A DNA stretch of 64,000 nt, taken from positions 480,001 through 544,000 of the forward strand of contig CAVSHB010000001.1 of the NCBI GenBank assembly GCA_963727775.1. Direction: 5' to 3'. This document shows, one piece after another, positions 53,709 to 63,242 of the stretch. Positions within the stretch are counted from its first letter, which is position 1; every line of letters starts with the position of its first letter. The DNA is from an uncultured Nitrospiraceae bacterium. Its GTDB lineage: Bacteria; Nitrospirota; Thermodesulfovibrionia; Thermodesulfovibrionales; SM23-35. The notes under the pieces were generated by a model. It was not told the origin of the DNA. It saw only the letters and a list, made by a program, of their open reading frames with translations, and did not search any database. The position numbers were made by a program, and so were the translations under genes.

Positions 53709-54687
53709 GGCAAATAAGGCGATAGGACTCGGTCATCTCTCCAGGTGCCGCTCTCTTGCCCTTGAAATTTTCAATAAATTTGGCCATGAGAGTATTTTTG
53801 CAGTTCAGCAGAAAAATCTCGCAGAAAACTTTCTGGCAGGATTGAGAGCGCAGATCGTCCATCCTGATGAAATTTATGCAAACATGAAGTTTGATGTCGC
53901 CATCACCGATATCCCTTCTCTGAGCCTGCCGGATGAGGAGAAGATAACACGGCTTGCATTATTTAATGTCGGTATTAACGACGATGGTACCGGCCCGTTT
54001 TCCTATGACATTCTTGTCAGACCGAATTTGCTGAACACGCCTACCCCTATTGGATTAAAATCCCACTTTGAATGCTGGAAGGGCAGGGAATATATAATAC
54101 TGCACCCTGATTTTGCTGAACGGCATACATCCTTTACAGTAAGATCTGCGATAAGGAAGATAATCGTATGCTTTGGAGGTAGCGACCCTTCCCAGCTCAC
54201 CCTTCGTGCTATCCACGCGCTCGATCGGAATGCCGGCGATGCTGAAGTGGTTTTCATTCTTGGCCCTGCTTTCGATCACAGGGAGGCATTAGAAGAAATG
54301 ATCAGAGGGCACATAAAAATGAAACTGAAGGTAAACTGTCCAACCATGGCTGAGGAATTCGCAAGCGCTGACATCGCTGTTATCAGCGGCGGAACATTGC
54401 TCTATGAGGCATGTGCAATAGGAGTTCCTTCGATAGTGATCTGCCAGAACGAGGAGCAGTATCAGGAAGCGAAGATATTCCATAAAGCAGGAGCGATTAT
54501 AAATTTGGGAGGGCAAAGTAAGATTGACGATACCAATATTTTTCCAGCCATGGCGGCAATTCTCGATAAAAGAATCCGGCAAAAGATGTCTGAGATTGCT
54601 CGGGAAATGGTATATCCCGACGGTACCCGGCGAATTGTGAGTAAAATAATGGGATCTAAGCTGTTAAAGTCATACCCTGGTTTGTAA
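53686..54687 (+). CDS. pseG: PseG/SpsG-family UDP-sugar hydrolase
   Basis: ILFRVEA..IGLGHLSRC, FGGSDP and SGGTLLYE. Confidence 0.8.
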   Translation: MKILFRVEANKAIGLGHLSRCRSLALEIFNKFGHESIFAVQQKNLAENFLAGLRAQIVHPDEIYANMKFDVAITDIPSLSLPDEEKITRLALFNVGINDDGTGPFSYDILVRPNLLNTPTPIGLKSHFECWKGREYIILHPDFAERHTSFTVRSAIRKIIVCFGGSDPSQLTLRAIHALDRNAGDAEVVFILGPAFDHREALEEMIRGHIKMKLKVNCPTMAEEFASADIAVISGGTLLYEACAIGVPSIVICQNEEQYQEAKIFHKAGAIINLGGQSKIDDTNIFPAMAAILDKRIRQKMSEIAREMVYPDGTRRIVSKIMGSKLLKSYPGL

Positions 54688-54734
54688 AAAACCTATTTTG
54701 GTTTTGAATCCTTAGTCAGAATAGGAGAAGTAAA

Positions 54735-57089
54735 ATGAATTTATATGGCAAACGAGTACTCCACCTTGGCGGAGCACTTTTCCAAATACCCTCTTTGGCC
54801 TGTGCCAAGAAATTGGGCTGCCACGTTATCCTAGTCGATCAGAATCCCGAAGTCCCCGGCAGGACTTGCGCAGATTCATTTGAGCAGGTCTCGACAAGAG
54901 ATATAGAGAATGTGCTGAATGTTGCGAAGGAATACAAAATAGACGGTGTTATGACGTATGCTTCCGATTCTTCTGTTATAACTGTAGCACATGTTGCGCA
55001 GCAAATGGGGTTGCCTGGAAATCCGGTAAAAGCTGCTGAGTCACTTCGACGTAAGGATTTGTTTCGAGAGTTCCAAGAGGAGATTGAGTTGCCCCACCCT
55101 TTCTTCTTTGCTACAGACTCACTTGGGGAGGCCATTGAGCGTGTGGATACCCTTGAGTTTCCGCTGGTAGTGAAGCCTGTTGATGCCTCTGGGACCAAGG
55201 GACAAACAATTATTTATGGAAAAAGAGAGGTGGCACGTGCCTTTGAGGATTCAAGCAGGCAATCGCTTGTGAAAAGGGTAATATTTGAAAACTTTATCAG
55301 AACAGACATGATGGAACTGGACGGTGATGTTTGGTTCAAGAATCGAAAACTGGCGTTCCGACATTATGGACATAATCATTTCCTGGAGAATCGTATTTCT
55401 AACGTGCCGTCCGGGGAGATTTTCCCCGGCTTTTTTGGCGATGAATTAGCAATGCAAATAGACCGTCAGTTTCAAAAGATAATAGAAGGGTTAGCCCTGA
55501 ACTCGGGATGCATGAATTTCGATGCACTGGCTTCAGACGGCAAGGTATACATTGTCGACATTGGACTGAGAAACGGTGGAAACTTTGTGCCTGACCTGAT
55601 CAAGCTTTCGACTGGGTTCGATCTCACAGAAGCTGCAATTTACAGTGCACTAGGTATTGATTACCCAGATTCCGGGCTCTATTGCAAAGCCCCCGAACCA
55701 GTTGCATCGTATCTGATAGGAAGCAGGTTTAGGGGACGCTTTGAGGGACTTGATGTCAATCAGGAGATAAAGGAATATGTCGTTGAAACCAAATTATTCT
55801 CAGAGATTGGATCAGAGGTAAAACCTTTTACCAAGGCTGATTTCGCTGTAGGAATAATGTTCCTTCGTTTCCCTGATATGGACATGCTGAAGGAGAAAAT
55901 ATCTGTTATAGAAGACATGGTAAAACTCCGAATAGTGCCCATTCGTCTGCCGCAGAAACAATATACCGAAAACAGCCAAGAGAGGAGTCCGAAGCCTGGC
56001 ACAAGCATTCTCGGAAATTTTAAGGAGTTCCCCGAGTTGATTTCACCTTTCTTACGCAACAAGCTTGCTAAAGCTGAAGAAGAGAATAATCAAACTATTC
56101 TGCGTGTAATATCCAGACAGTATATTGAATCTCTAGAAGAGCAAAGTTATGATGCTGAAGACGAACTGAAGCATTATGAGGCAGGCGAAACGTTACACTG
56201 GCAGGGCGAAAGGTTGTATGGTGTAGAGAGGCTCTATCGACGAGTTATTGTATTCGAACCGCTATATCAGTGCGTTACTCATTGCAGGTACTGTCTGAGA
56301 CGCAACTATGAGCCCTTCCATCAGACGCAGAAAGATATAAAGCGTATTGCTAATTACATCGGCAAGGGCCGGGGTCATGAGGAATTGCGGGAAGTTCTCG
56401 TTACAGGGGGAGATCCCTTTTTAGTACCACACAAGGTAGAGCAGTTCCTGAATGACCTTGCAGAGGAATCTCCACAGATAAGGGTTGTCAGGATTGCATC
56501 TCGGCTGCCGATCCAACAACCTGATAGGATCAACGAAAGGATCTTGTCGATTATAGGGGGGGAATATCCTTTTAGAGTTGAAGTGGCGACTCAGATTAAC
56601 CATGCTGCAGAATTATTCCCAGAAGTTGAAGACGCATACAGGAAAATACTTGATGTTGTAAGGATTGTTTATAATCAGACTGTCTTACTGAGGGGAGTGA
56701 ACGATACGATAGATGAATTGGTAGAACTGTTTGACAGGACTCGTCTGCTGGGGATCGAAAGCCATTATATTTTTCATTGCGTACCTATAGGCGGGCTCGA
56801 TTTACTACGGACGACATTAGACCAGTTTGTTACACTTGCGCATCACCTTACGTCGTGTGGAAGGATTTCAGGAAGATCGAAGCCTCAGTTTGCCGTTATG
56901 ACATCGATAGGAAAGATTACACTGTATGAGGGATCAATAATAGAACACAAGGATAATAAGTATCTGCTAAAGTCATACTATACCTTGAAGGACCGTATGG
57001 AATGGAATCCGACTTGGCAATTGCCGAAGAATGGTATCGTGGGTAACGATGGAAAACTCTATGTATGGTATGAAGATGTCGTTTCCTGA
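54735..57089 (+). CDS. ATP-grasp ligase fused to KamA-family (lysine 2,3-aminomutase-like) radical SAM domain
   Basis: N-half has FPLVVKPVDASGTKG, IFENFI and DIGLRNGG. C-half has ERLYRR, CVTHCRYCLRR, EVLVTGGDP, RIASRLPI, INHAAE, NQTVLLRGVND and HYIFH. Confidence 0.88.
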   Translation: MNLYGKRVLHLGGALFQIPSLACAKKLGCHVILVDQNPEVPGRTCADSFEQVSTRDIENVLNVAKEYKIDGVMTYASDSSVITVAHVAQQMGLPGNPVKAAESLRRKDLFREFQEEIELPHPFFFATDSLGEAIERVDTLEFPLVVKPVDASGTKGQTIIYGKREVARAFEDSSRQSLVKRVIFENFIRTDMMELDGDVWFKNRKLAFRHYGHNHFLENRISNVPSGEIFPGFFGDELAMQIDRQFQKIIEGLALNSGCMNFDALASDGKVYIVDIGLRNGGNFVPDLIKLSTGFDLTEAAIYSALGIDYPDSGLYCKAPEPVASYLIGSRFRGRFEGLDVNQEIKEYVVETKLFSEIGSEVKPFTKADFAVGIMFLRFPDMDMLKEKISVIEDMVKLRIVPIRLPQKQYTENSQERSPKPGTSILGNFKEFPELISPFLRNKLAKAEEENNQTILRVISRQYIESLEEQSYDAEDELKHYEAGETLHWQGERLYGVERLYRRVIVFEPLYQCVTHCRYCLRRNYEPFHQTQKDIKRIANYIGKGRGHEELREVLVTGGDPFLVPHKVEQFLNDLAEESPQIRVVRIASRLPIQQPDRINERILSIIGGEYPFRVEVATQINHAAELFPEVEDAYRKILDVVRIVYNQTVLLRGVNDTIDELVELFDRTRLLGIESHYIFHCVPIGGLDLLRTTLDQFVTLAHHLTSCGRISGRSKPQFAVMTSIGKITLYEGSIIEHKDNKYLLKSYYTLKDRMEWNPTWQLPKNGIVGNDGKLYVWYEDVVS

Positions 57090-57182
57090 GATGGTCTGCG
57101 TATTCTGCTGGATCAGCAGGCGGTTACTTTTTTTGATCATTAAGAACTCATAGGAAAAGGGACTTTGTCGGGAGATGAGATT

Positions 57183-58238
57183 ATGGAAATCATGATAGAA
57201 AACAGGAAAATATGTAGAGAATCTCCAGCCTTCATAATTGCTGAGATGTCCGGCAATCATCTGCAGGATTTTAAGCTTGCAGTAAGTACCATCAAAGCCA
57301 TGAAGGAAGCAGGCGCAGATGCCGTCAAGCTTCAGACCTATACGCCTGATACCATTACCATTGATTCTGACAACGAATACTTTCAGATAAAACAGGGGAC
57401 TATATGGGACGGTAAAACCCTGTATCAATTATATCAGGAAGCATATACTCCATGGGAATGGCAGCCGAAGCTGAAAGAGATCGCAGAAGATTTGGGGCTT
57501 ATATGTTTTTCATCCCCGTTTGACAAAACCGCTGTGGATTTTCTTGAAGCAATGAATGTCCCGGCATATAAAGTTGCTTCTTTTGAAATAACAGATATTC
57601 CACTTATAGAATATATCGCTTCAAAAGGCAAGCCCGTTATAATTTCAACAGGTATAGCAACATTGTGTGATATAGAAGAAGCTTTGAATGCATGTAAAAA
57701 AGTGGGAAATGAACAGATTGCATTATTTAAATGTACATCAGCCTATCCAACCCCATTAGAACAAGTAAATTTGAAAACAATCCCTAATTTAGCTGAAACT
57801 TTCAAAACAATAGTAGGACTCTCGGACCATACATTAGGCATTTCCGTTCCGGTAGCAGCAGTGGCGCTTGGAGCAAAAATCATAGAGAAGCACTTTATCC
57901 TCGACAGAAAGCTCGGCGGCCCGGACGCGGCCTTTTCACTTGAGCCTGAAGAGTTTAAAGCAATGGTGACTGCAGTGAGAGAAGTTGAAAAAGCTTTGGG
58001 CGAAGTCAGCTATGAATTGACAGACAATACAAAGAAAAGCAGGGAGTTTGCGCGCTCGTTGTTTGTCGTGAAAGATATGAAAGCAGGAGATGTATTTAAC
58101 GAGGAGAATATTCGCTCCATCAGGCCTGGATATGGAATGCCCCCGAAATATTTTTATGCTCTCCTCGGACAGAAGGCATCACGGGATATTCCTCGTGGGA
58201 CTCCCTTAGATTGGGGAGATATTGCTCAAAAGAAATAA
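57183..58238 (+). CDS. pseI: Pseudaminic acid synthase
   Basis: IIAEMSGNH, KLQTYTPDTIT, AYTPWEW, GLSDHT and a C-terminal SAF domain. Confidence 0.93.
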   Translation: MEIMIENRKICRESPAFIIAEMSGNHLQDFKLAVSTIKAMKEAGADAVKLQTYTPDTITIDSDNEYFQIKQGTIWDGKTLYQLYQEAYTPWEWQPKLKEIAEDLGLICFSSPFDKTAVDFLEAMNVPAYKVASFEITDIPLIEYIASKGKPVIISTGIATLCDIEEALNACKKVGNEQIALFKCTSAYPTPLEQVNLKTIPNLAETFKTIVGLSDHTLGISVPVAAVALGAKIIEKHFILDRKLGGPDAAFSLEPEEFKAMVTAVREVEKALGEVSYELTDNTKKSREFARSLFVVKDMKAGDVFNEENIRSIRPGYGMPPKYFYALLGQKASRDIPRGTPLDWGDIAQKK

Positions 58239-58250
58239 ACCTGTAAATTT

Positions 58251-59084
58251 ATGATCGACACGAATCAAACTGAATTAATTATCGAAGCTGGACGCACAGA
58301 GGGGCAATATTGGAAGGACATCTGGTATTATCGGGAGCTGTTTTACTTTATGGCATGGCGGGATGTCATGGTCCGTTATAAACAGACAGTTATCGGTATT
58401 GCCTGGAGCCTGATACGCCCCATACTGACAATGATTGTTTTTACGGTAGTATTCGGCAAATTGGCCAAGCTTCCGTCTGACGGAGTGCCGTATCCGATAC
58501 TTGTATATACCGCGATGCTACCATGGCAATTTTTTTCGAATTCATTAAGCGAAAGCAGCAATTCACTCATTGCTAATTCAAACCTTCTCTCCAAGATATA
58601 TTTCCCCCGTCTGATCTTGCCTGCAAGCGCAGTCATAGTCGGCATAGTAGATTTTCTGATTTCCTTAGTGATTCTTATCGGGTTAATGATTTGGTTCCAA
58701 TTTATACCTCAGTGGCGCATCATTGTGCTGCCGTTGTTTCTTTTATTGGCTTTAGTCTCGTCATTAGGATTCGGTCTTTGGCTTGCAGCGCTGAATGTAA
58801 AGTACCGGGATTTCCGCTACATTGTACCCTTTATAGTGCAGTTCGGACTGTACATTTCTCCTGTCGGTTTCAGCAGCAATATTGTGCCGGAGAAATGGAG
58901 ATTATTATATTCAATCAATCCTATGGTCGGCGTAATCGACGGATTCAGATGGGCGGTTTTGGGAAGCAATATGAAGTTATATTGGCCCGGCTTTATTCTA
59001 TCCATTGTGCTGACTGCCGGCGTATTCTTAACCGGACTCTGGTATTTCCGCAAAACAGAACGGGTGTTTGCGGATGTGATCTAA
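58251..59084 (+). CDS. wzm: O-antigen ABC transporter permease
   Basis: VRYKQTVIG, KIYFPR and YRDF. Confidence 0.92.
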   Translation: MIDTNQTELIIEAGRTEGQYWKDIWYYRELFYFMAWRDVMVRYKQTVIGIAWSLIRPILTMIVFTVVFGKLAKLPSDGVPYPILVYTAMLPWQFFSNSLSESSNSLIANSNLLSKIYFPRLILPASAVIVGIVDFLISLVILIGLMIWFQFIPQWRIIVLPLFLLLALVSSLGFGLWLAALNVKYRDFRYIVPFIVQFGLYISPVGFSSNIVPEKWRLLYSINPMVGVIDGFRWAVLGSNMKLYWPGFILSIVLTAGVFLTGLWYFRKTERVFADVI

Positions 59085-59266
59085 GCAGCCTTAAAATGTG
59101 TTTTAAGTATTAAGAGTAAAACACATAAACCCTGAAACCGAAACTTACCAAGAAGTTCATAGTATGACGACATTTGAATTAAATAACGCCCCCAACCTCC
59201 TCTTAATCTAAGGGGGAGTTACGAGGCATTTTCTGATATAATGAAACAACGAGCGAGTGGGTTTAG

Positions 59267-59719
59267 ATGAGGGAAAACGATAGCAGAAATACAGACAGGA
59301 GAAAATGCCCCCGGCAGAGAAGCATCGATGATATGGCGGCGAAACTCAAAGAATGTTTATCGATGTATGATGATATCGCCTTTGCTTTTCTCTTCGGTTC
59401 TTCTGCACGAGGGGAAATGACTGCGTTTAGTGACGTGGATATAGCTATATTTTTTATCGGAAGCATAAATTTCCACAGGATATACGACCTGCGGGAAGAC
59501 TTGTCGGAGGTGGCTGGTGTGGAGGCGGACGTTGTAGTTTTGAATGATGCCTCACCCGTCATCAGGATGCAGGTGTTGAAAAAAGGGAAGTTATTGTCCA
59601 ATAGGGACCGTCGCGCATATCATGAATTTTTTATGAACACTGTGAAAGAATATGACGACCTGAAGAGGAATAGAAAAGAAATTGAGGACAAAATATTGAG
59701 AGGAAGGATCTATGCCTGA
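59267..59719 (+). CDS. MNT-type nucleotidyltransferase (antitoxin); start uncertain
   Basis: FLFGSSARG...SDVDIA...DVVVLN. Confidence 0.85.
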   Translation: MRENDSRNTDRRKCPRQRSIDDMAAKLKECLSMYDDIAFAFLFGSSARGEMTAFSDVDIAIFFIGSINFHRIYDLREDLSEVAGVEADVVVLNDASPVIRMQVLKKGKLLSNRDRRAYHEFFMNTVKEYDDLKRNRKEIEDKILRGRIYA

Positions 59720-59789
59720 TCGAGATGTCGTACTTGCTAAGGAATTTTACACGACTGTATTGCTTCACTTCAAGCTTGCAAATCAATAG
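59712..59789 (+). pseudogene. 25-aa stub of a HEPN/DUF86 toxin
   Basis: MPDRDVVLAK|EFYTTVLLHF overlaps the MNT stop and resembles DUF86 N- and C-termini fused together. Confidence 0.5.
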
Positions 59790-59844
59790 CCTCTCAATGA
59801 GTTTTTATTGTTCAATCAAAATCCTTTTAACAATTCAATGAATT

Positions 59845-61107
59845 ATGTCTGATACCGTTATTCGCGTAGAAAACCTCGGCAAAAAATATCTGATCCGTCA
59901 TGAGCAGCGCGAGCGCTATACCGCCCTCCGTGATGTTATGACAAACAACGTTAAGCGTTTCGGCAGAAAGCTTCTTTCGCCTTTTACTTTTCACCATTCA
60001 CCTTTCACTGAATCAAAAGAAGAATTCTGGGCTTTGAAGGATGTCTCTTTTGAAGTGAACCACGGGGACAAATTAGGTATTATTGGTCGCAACGGAGCCG
60101 GTAAGACTACATTGTTAAAACTCCTGAGCCGGATTACAGAGCCTACAACAGGACGAATTACCATTAAAGGACGTGTCGCAAGTCTCTTGGAAGTTGGGAC
60201 AGGTTTCCATCCCGAATTGACAGGCAGGGAGAATATTTTTTTGAACGGCGCTATTTTGGGAATGAGTAAGGCGGAGATTAAAAGAAAATTTGACGAAATC
60301 GTCGCTTTCTCTGAAGTTGAGAGATTTCTCGATACGCCGGTTAAACGATATTCTTCAGGGATGTACGTCCGGTTGGCTTTTGCTGTTGCCGCTCATTTAG
60401 AACCGGAAATATTAATTGTGGATGAAGTGCTTGCAGTAGGAGATGCTCAGTTTCAGAAAAAGTGTTTGGGAAAAATGGGGGATGTAGCAAAAGAGGGAAG
60501 GACGGTATTGTTTGTAAGCCATAATATGGCAGCTGTAAAACAACTTTGTACAAAAGCAGTTTTATTGACATCAGGTATCCTTTCCTATAGTGATTATTCT
60601 AATGAAACTATATCTCACTATATGCAGAATATTCTTAAAACAGATTTGACTAACTATGACAGTTATAAACATATCAACGGAGATAGAAGAGCGGAGATTG
60701 TTAGATTAAAGGTCAATGATTGCTTAAATACTGAAGCAGCCTTCTCTATATACGATAAAGTTAAAATATCAATTGAGTATAAAATAAATAGCAGTATAAA
60801 TGAATTGGAATTTTTTATTTTAATATATTCTATTGATGGGGATGTTCAACTTAGCTTTTTGCAAAAAGATTCAATCTCTCCTATAAACCCGAAAGGGCAA
60901 GAAGGTGAGATTGACCTATATTTTACTAATTATTTAGCCCCGGGTAAATATTTGGTTTCAGCTGGAATATTTGATAAAACAAGAGTATTTGTCGATTGGG
61001 TTGAGTATGTAAATTCTTTTGTTGTAGATCAAACTTTCAGCGATGGCAGACCATTTGACAATCGACTTGGAAAAGTCTTGTTCGTGGGTAAGTGGATAAG
61101 TCGATAA
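59845..61107 (+). CDS. wzt: O-antigen ABC transporter ATPase with Wzt C-terminal domain
   Basis: GRNGAGKTT, YSSGM, VDEVLAVGD and a C-terminal extension. Confidence 0.93.
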   Translation: MSDTVIRVENLGKKYLIRHEQRERYTALRDVMTNNVKRFGRKLLSPFTFHHSPFTESKEEFWALKDVSFEVNHGDKLGIIGRNGAGKTTLLKLLSRITEPTTGRITIKGRVASLLEVGTGFHPELTGRENIFLNGAILGMSKAEIKRKFDEIVAFSEVERFLDTPVKRYSSGMYVRLAFAVAAHLEPEILIVDEVLAVGDAQFQKKCLGKMGDVAKEGRTVLFVSHNMAAVKQLCTKAVLLTSGILSYSDYSNETISHYMQNILKTDLTNYDSYKHINGDRRAEIVRLKVNDCLNTEAAFSIYDKVKISIEYKINSSINELEFFILIYSIDGDVQLSFLQKDSISPINPKGQEGEIDLYFTNYLAPGKYLVSAGIFDKTRVFVDWVEYVNSFVVDQTFSDGRPFDNRLGKVLFVGKWISR

Positions 61108-61110
61108 AAA

Positions 61111-61665
61111 ATGATAGAGAAAATTTTTTTAAAAATTAAAATGACGTTTAAAAGAATATTTTTAAGGTTGTTTTCGAGCATAGCTCACGATGTTTTAATC
61201 TCATTCAATCAATCACAGAAACAATATCTCATAAAACAATTGAAATTTAGTGGCAATAACATTTTTATTCAGATGCCTATATGTATTGACAGACCAGAGT
61301 GCGTAGAAATCGGTAACGATGTGTCGATTGCTGCTTTTGTCCACATGTGGGGCAAAGGGGGAATTAAAATAGGAAATCGGGTCATGATTGCTTCTCATAC
61401 TGCAATAACTTCGTTAACACATGATTATAATCAACAAAATATGTTTAATACCTTAGTAGAAGGCTCAGTGGAAATTCAGGATGATGTATGGATTGGAACG
61501 CATTCGATTATACTGCCTGGTGTAGTAATAGGCCGAGGCGCAGTAATTGGTGCTGGCTCAATCGTAACAAAGGACATTGAGCCATATTCAGTTGTTGTGG
61601 GTGCTCCGGCAAGGCTACATAAATATAGATCTATTAAGGATAAAGGGATACAAAAAATTGATTAA
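61111..61665 (+). CDS. Hexapeptide-repeat O-acyltransferase
   Basis: IQDDVWIG, GAVIGAGSIVTKDI and GAPAR. Confidence 0.88.
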   Translation: MIEKIFLKIKMTFKRIFLRLFSSIAHDVLISFNQSQKQYLIKQLKFSGNNIFIQMPICIDRPECVEIGNDVSIAAFVHMWGKGGIKIGNRVMIASHTAITSLTHDYNQQNMFNTLVEGSVEIQDDVWIGTHSIILPGVVIGRGAVIGAGSIVTKDIEPYSVVVGAPARLHKYRSIKDKGIQKID

Positions 61666-61721
61666 AGGTTTAATAAAACTTCTACCTTTATCCATTCGTA
61701 TTCGATATCGCTCTGCAGTTA

Positions 61722-62330
61722 TTGAAACAAAAAAATTTGTTATATTCTAAACTTACCCACTGGCTTTTCCGTCCTTCAGTACCAAAATTAAAGAATGGAT
61801 CTGTCTATCTACATTTAGGATGTGGTGCTGTGAATCATCCAAATTTTATAAACATCGATGCAATGCCAGCACCACATATACACTATGTCCGATCTGTAGA
61901 TAATTTATCGATATTCAACAATAACAGCATAGATTTAATCTATGCTTCACATTGTCTTGAACATTTCAGCCATCAGGAAATATTTACAGTATTAATCGAA
62001 TGGCATCGAGTTTTAAAAAAAGGCGGCATTTTACGTTTATCGGTTCCAGACTTTGATCTGCTATTAAAAATGTACAAAAACAATAATAATGTTATTGATA
62101 CAATTATTAGTCCATTAATGGGTGGACAGGACTATAAGTACAATTTTCATAAAACAGTTTTTACTAAGTCAAGTTTAAGTTTACTTTTAAAAAAAGTGGG
62201 ATTTTTAGAAGTAAGAGAATGGACACCTGGTTCATCAGAACTAACTACCTTTGATGATTGGTCTACACGTAAGATCTCAATAAATGGAAAAGAGTATGCA
62301 ATAAGTTTGAATATTGAAGCAATAAAATGA
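61722..62330 (+). CDS. SAM-dependent methyltransferase
   Basis: LHLGCG, IYASHCLEH and VLKKGGILRLSVPD. Confidence 0.85.
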   Translation: MKQKNLLYSKLTHWLFRPSVPKLKNGSVYLHLGCGAVNHPNFINIDAMPAPHIHYVRSVDNLSIFNNNSIDLIYASHCLEHFSHQEIFTVLIEWHRVLKKGGILRLSVPDFDLLLKMYKNNNNVIDTIISPLMGGQDYKYNFHKTVFTKSSLSLLLKKVGFLEVREWTPGSSELTTFDDWSTRKISINGKEYAISLNIEAIK

Positions 62331-62396
62331 ATAAGGCGAAAATTTTTTTCTTTTTTCCGTAAGTTGTTGATCTTAAAATTATTAGCATTAAAAAAG

Positions 62397-63197
62397 ATGA
62401 TTTCAAATAAATTTAAAATAGCATTAAAAGGCAATATCAAAGCGATGTTCAATTATTTTGGATTGGAAATAAGAAGAAAAATCAAAGATAAAGGTTTGTC
62501 TAAAGGGCAACTTTGCCATTTAGATGTTTATTCTGATCAAATAAACTTATTAAAAAATCGAGAAGTGAGAGTAATATTTGATATCGGAGCGAATATAGGT
62601 CAGACTGCGATGAAATATCAAAAAATATTCGAAACATCAATAATTTACTGTTTTGAGCCTTTTGGAGAATCATTTCTTGTTTTATCTGAGACTTTTAAAA
62701 ACATTGATTTCGTCAAACCTTACAAACTTGCAGTAAATAACCAAACTGGAACTAAGCGATTTTATTTTAATAAAACCAGTTTTACAAATTCTTTGCTTCG
62801 TGTAGCAAATGATTCGAGCAAATATGTTGATACGAACTTAACGGATAATGTTGGATGTCTCTATGTTGAGACGATAAAACTTGATGATTTTTGTAACAAT
62901 GAAAATATTAATCAAATACAAATTCTTAAAATGGATATTCAAGGAACGGAACTTATGGCTTTAAAGGGAGCCCCACATTTGTTAAAAAATCATTTCATTG
63001 ATTTGATCTATACTGAGGTGCTTTTCGCACACCTTTATCAAGGACAAGCATATTTTTTTGATTTGTGCGAGTTCTTAGCACAATATGGCTACATCCTTTA
63101 TGGCTTATACAATTTAAATTATGGGAAAAACAGTGTATTGGCGTGGGGAGATGCAATTTTTATTAGCCCAAAAATTGAGGAATCTCTCAATAGTTAA
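62397..63197 (+). CDS. FkbM-family methyltransferase
   Basis: IFDIGANIG, FEP and LKMDIQGTE. Confidence 0.9.
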   Translation: MISNKFKIALKGNIKAMFNYFGLEIRRKIKDKGLSKGQLCHLDVYSDQINLLKNREVRVIFDIGANIGQTAMKYQKIFETSIIYCFEPFGESFLVLSETFKNIDFVKPYKLAVNNQTGTKRFYFNKTSFTNSLLRVANDSSKYVDTNLTDNVGCLYVETIKLDDFCNNENINQIQILKMDIQGTELMALKGAPHLLKNHFIDLIYTEVLFAHLYQGQAYFFDLCEFLAQYGYILYGLYNLNYGKNSVLAWGDAIFISPKIEESLNS

Positions 63198-63242
63198 TTA
63201 TTTTGAATTGAGATTTTAAAAGGTATTTATTCAGACTTTGGT

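Noticed and set aside
56020..57089. KamA domain as EF-P modification enzyme EpmB or a lysine-fermentation KamA
   Set aside because: No efp, epmA or kam/kdd genes nearby; it is fused to ATP-grasp inside a sugar operon.
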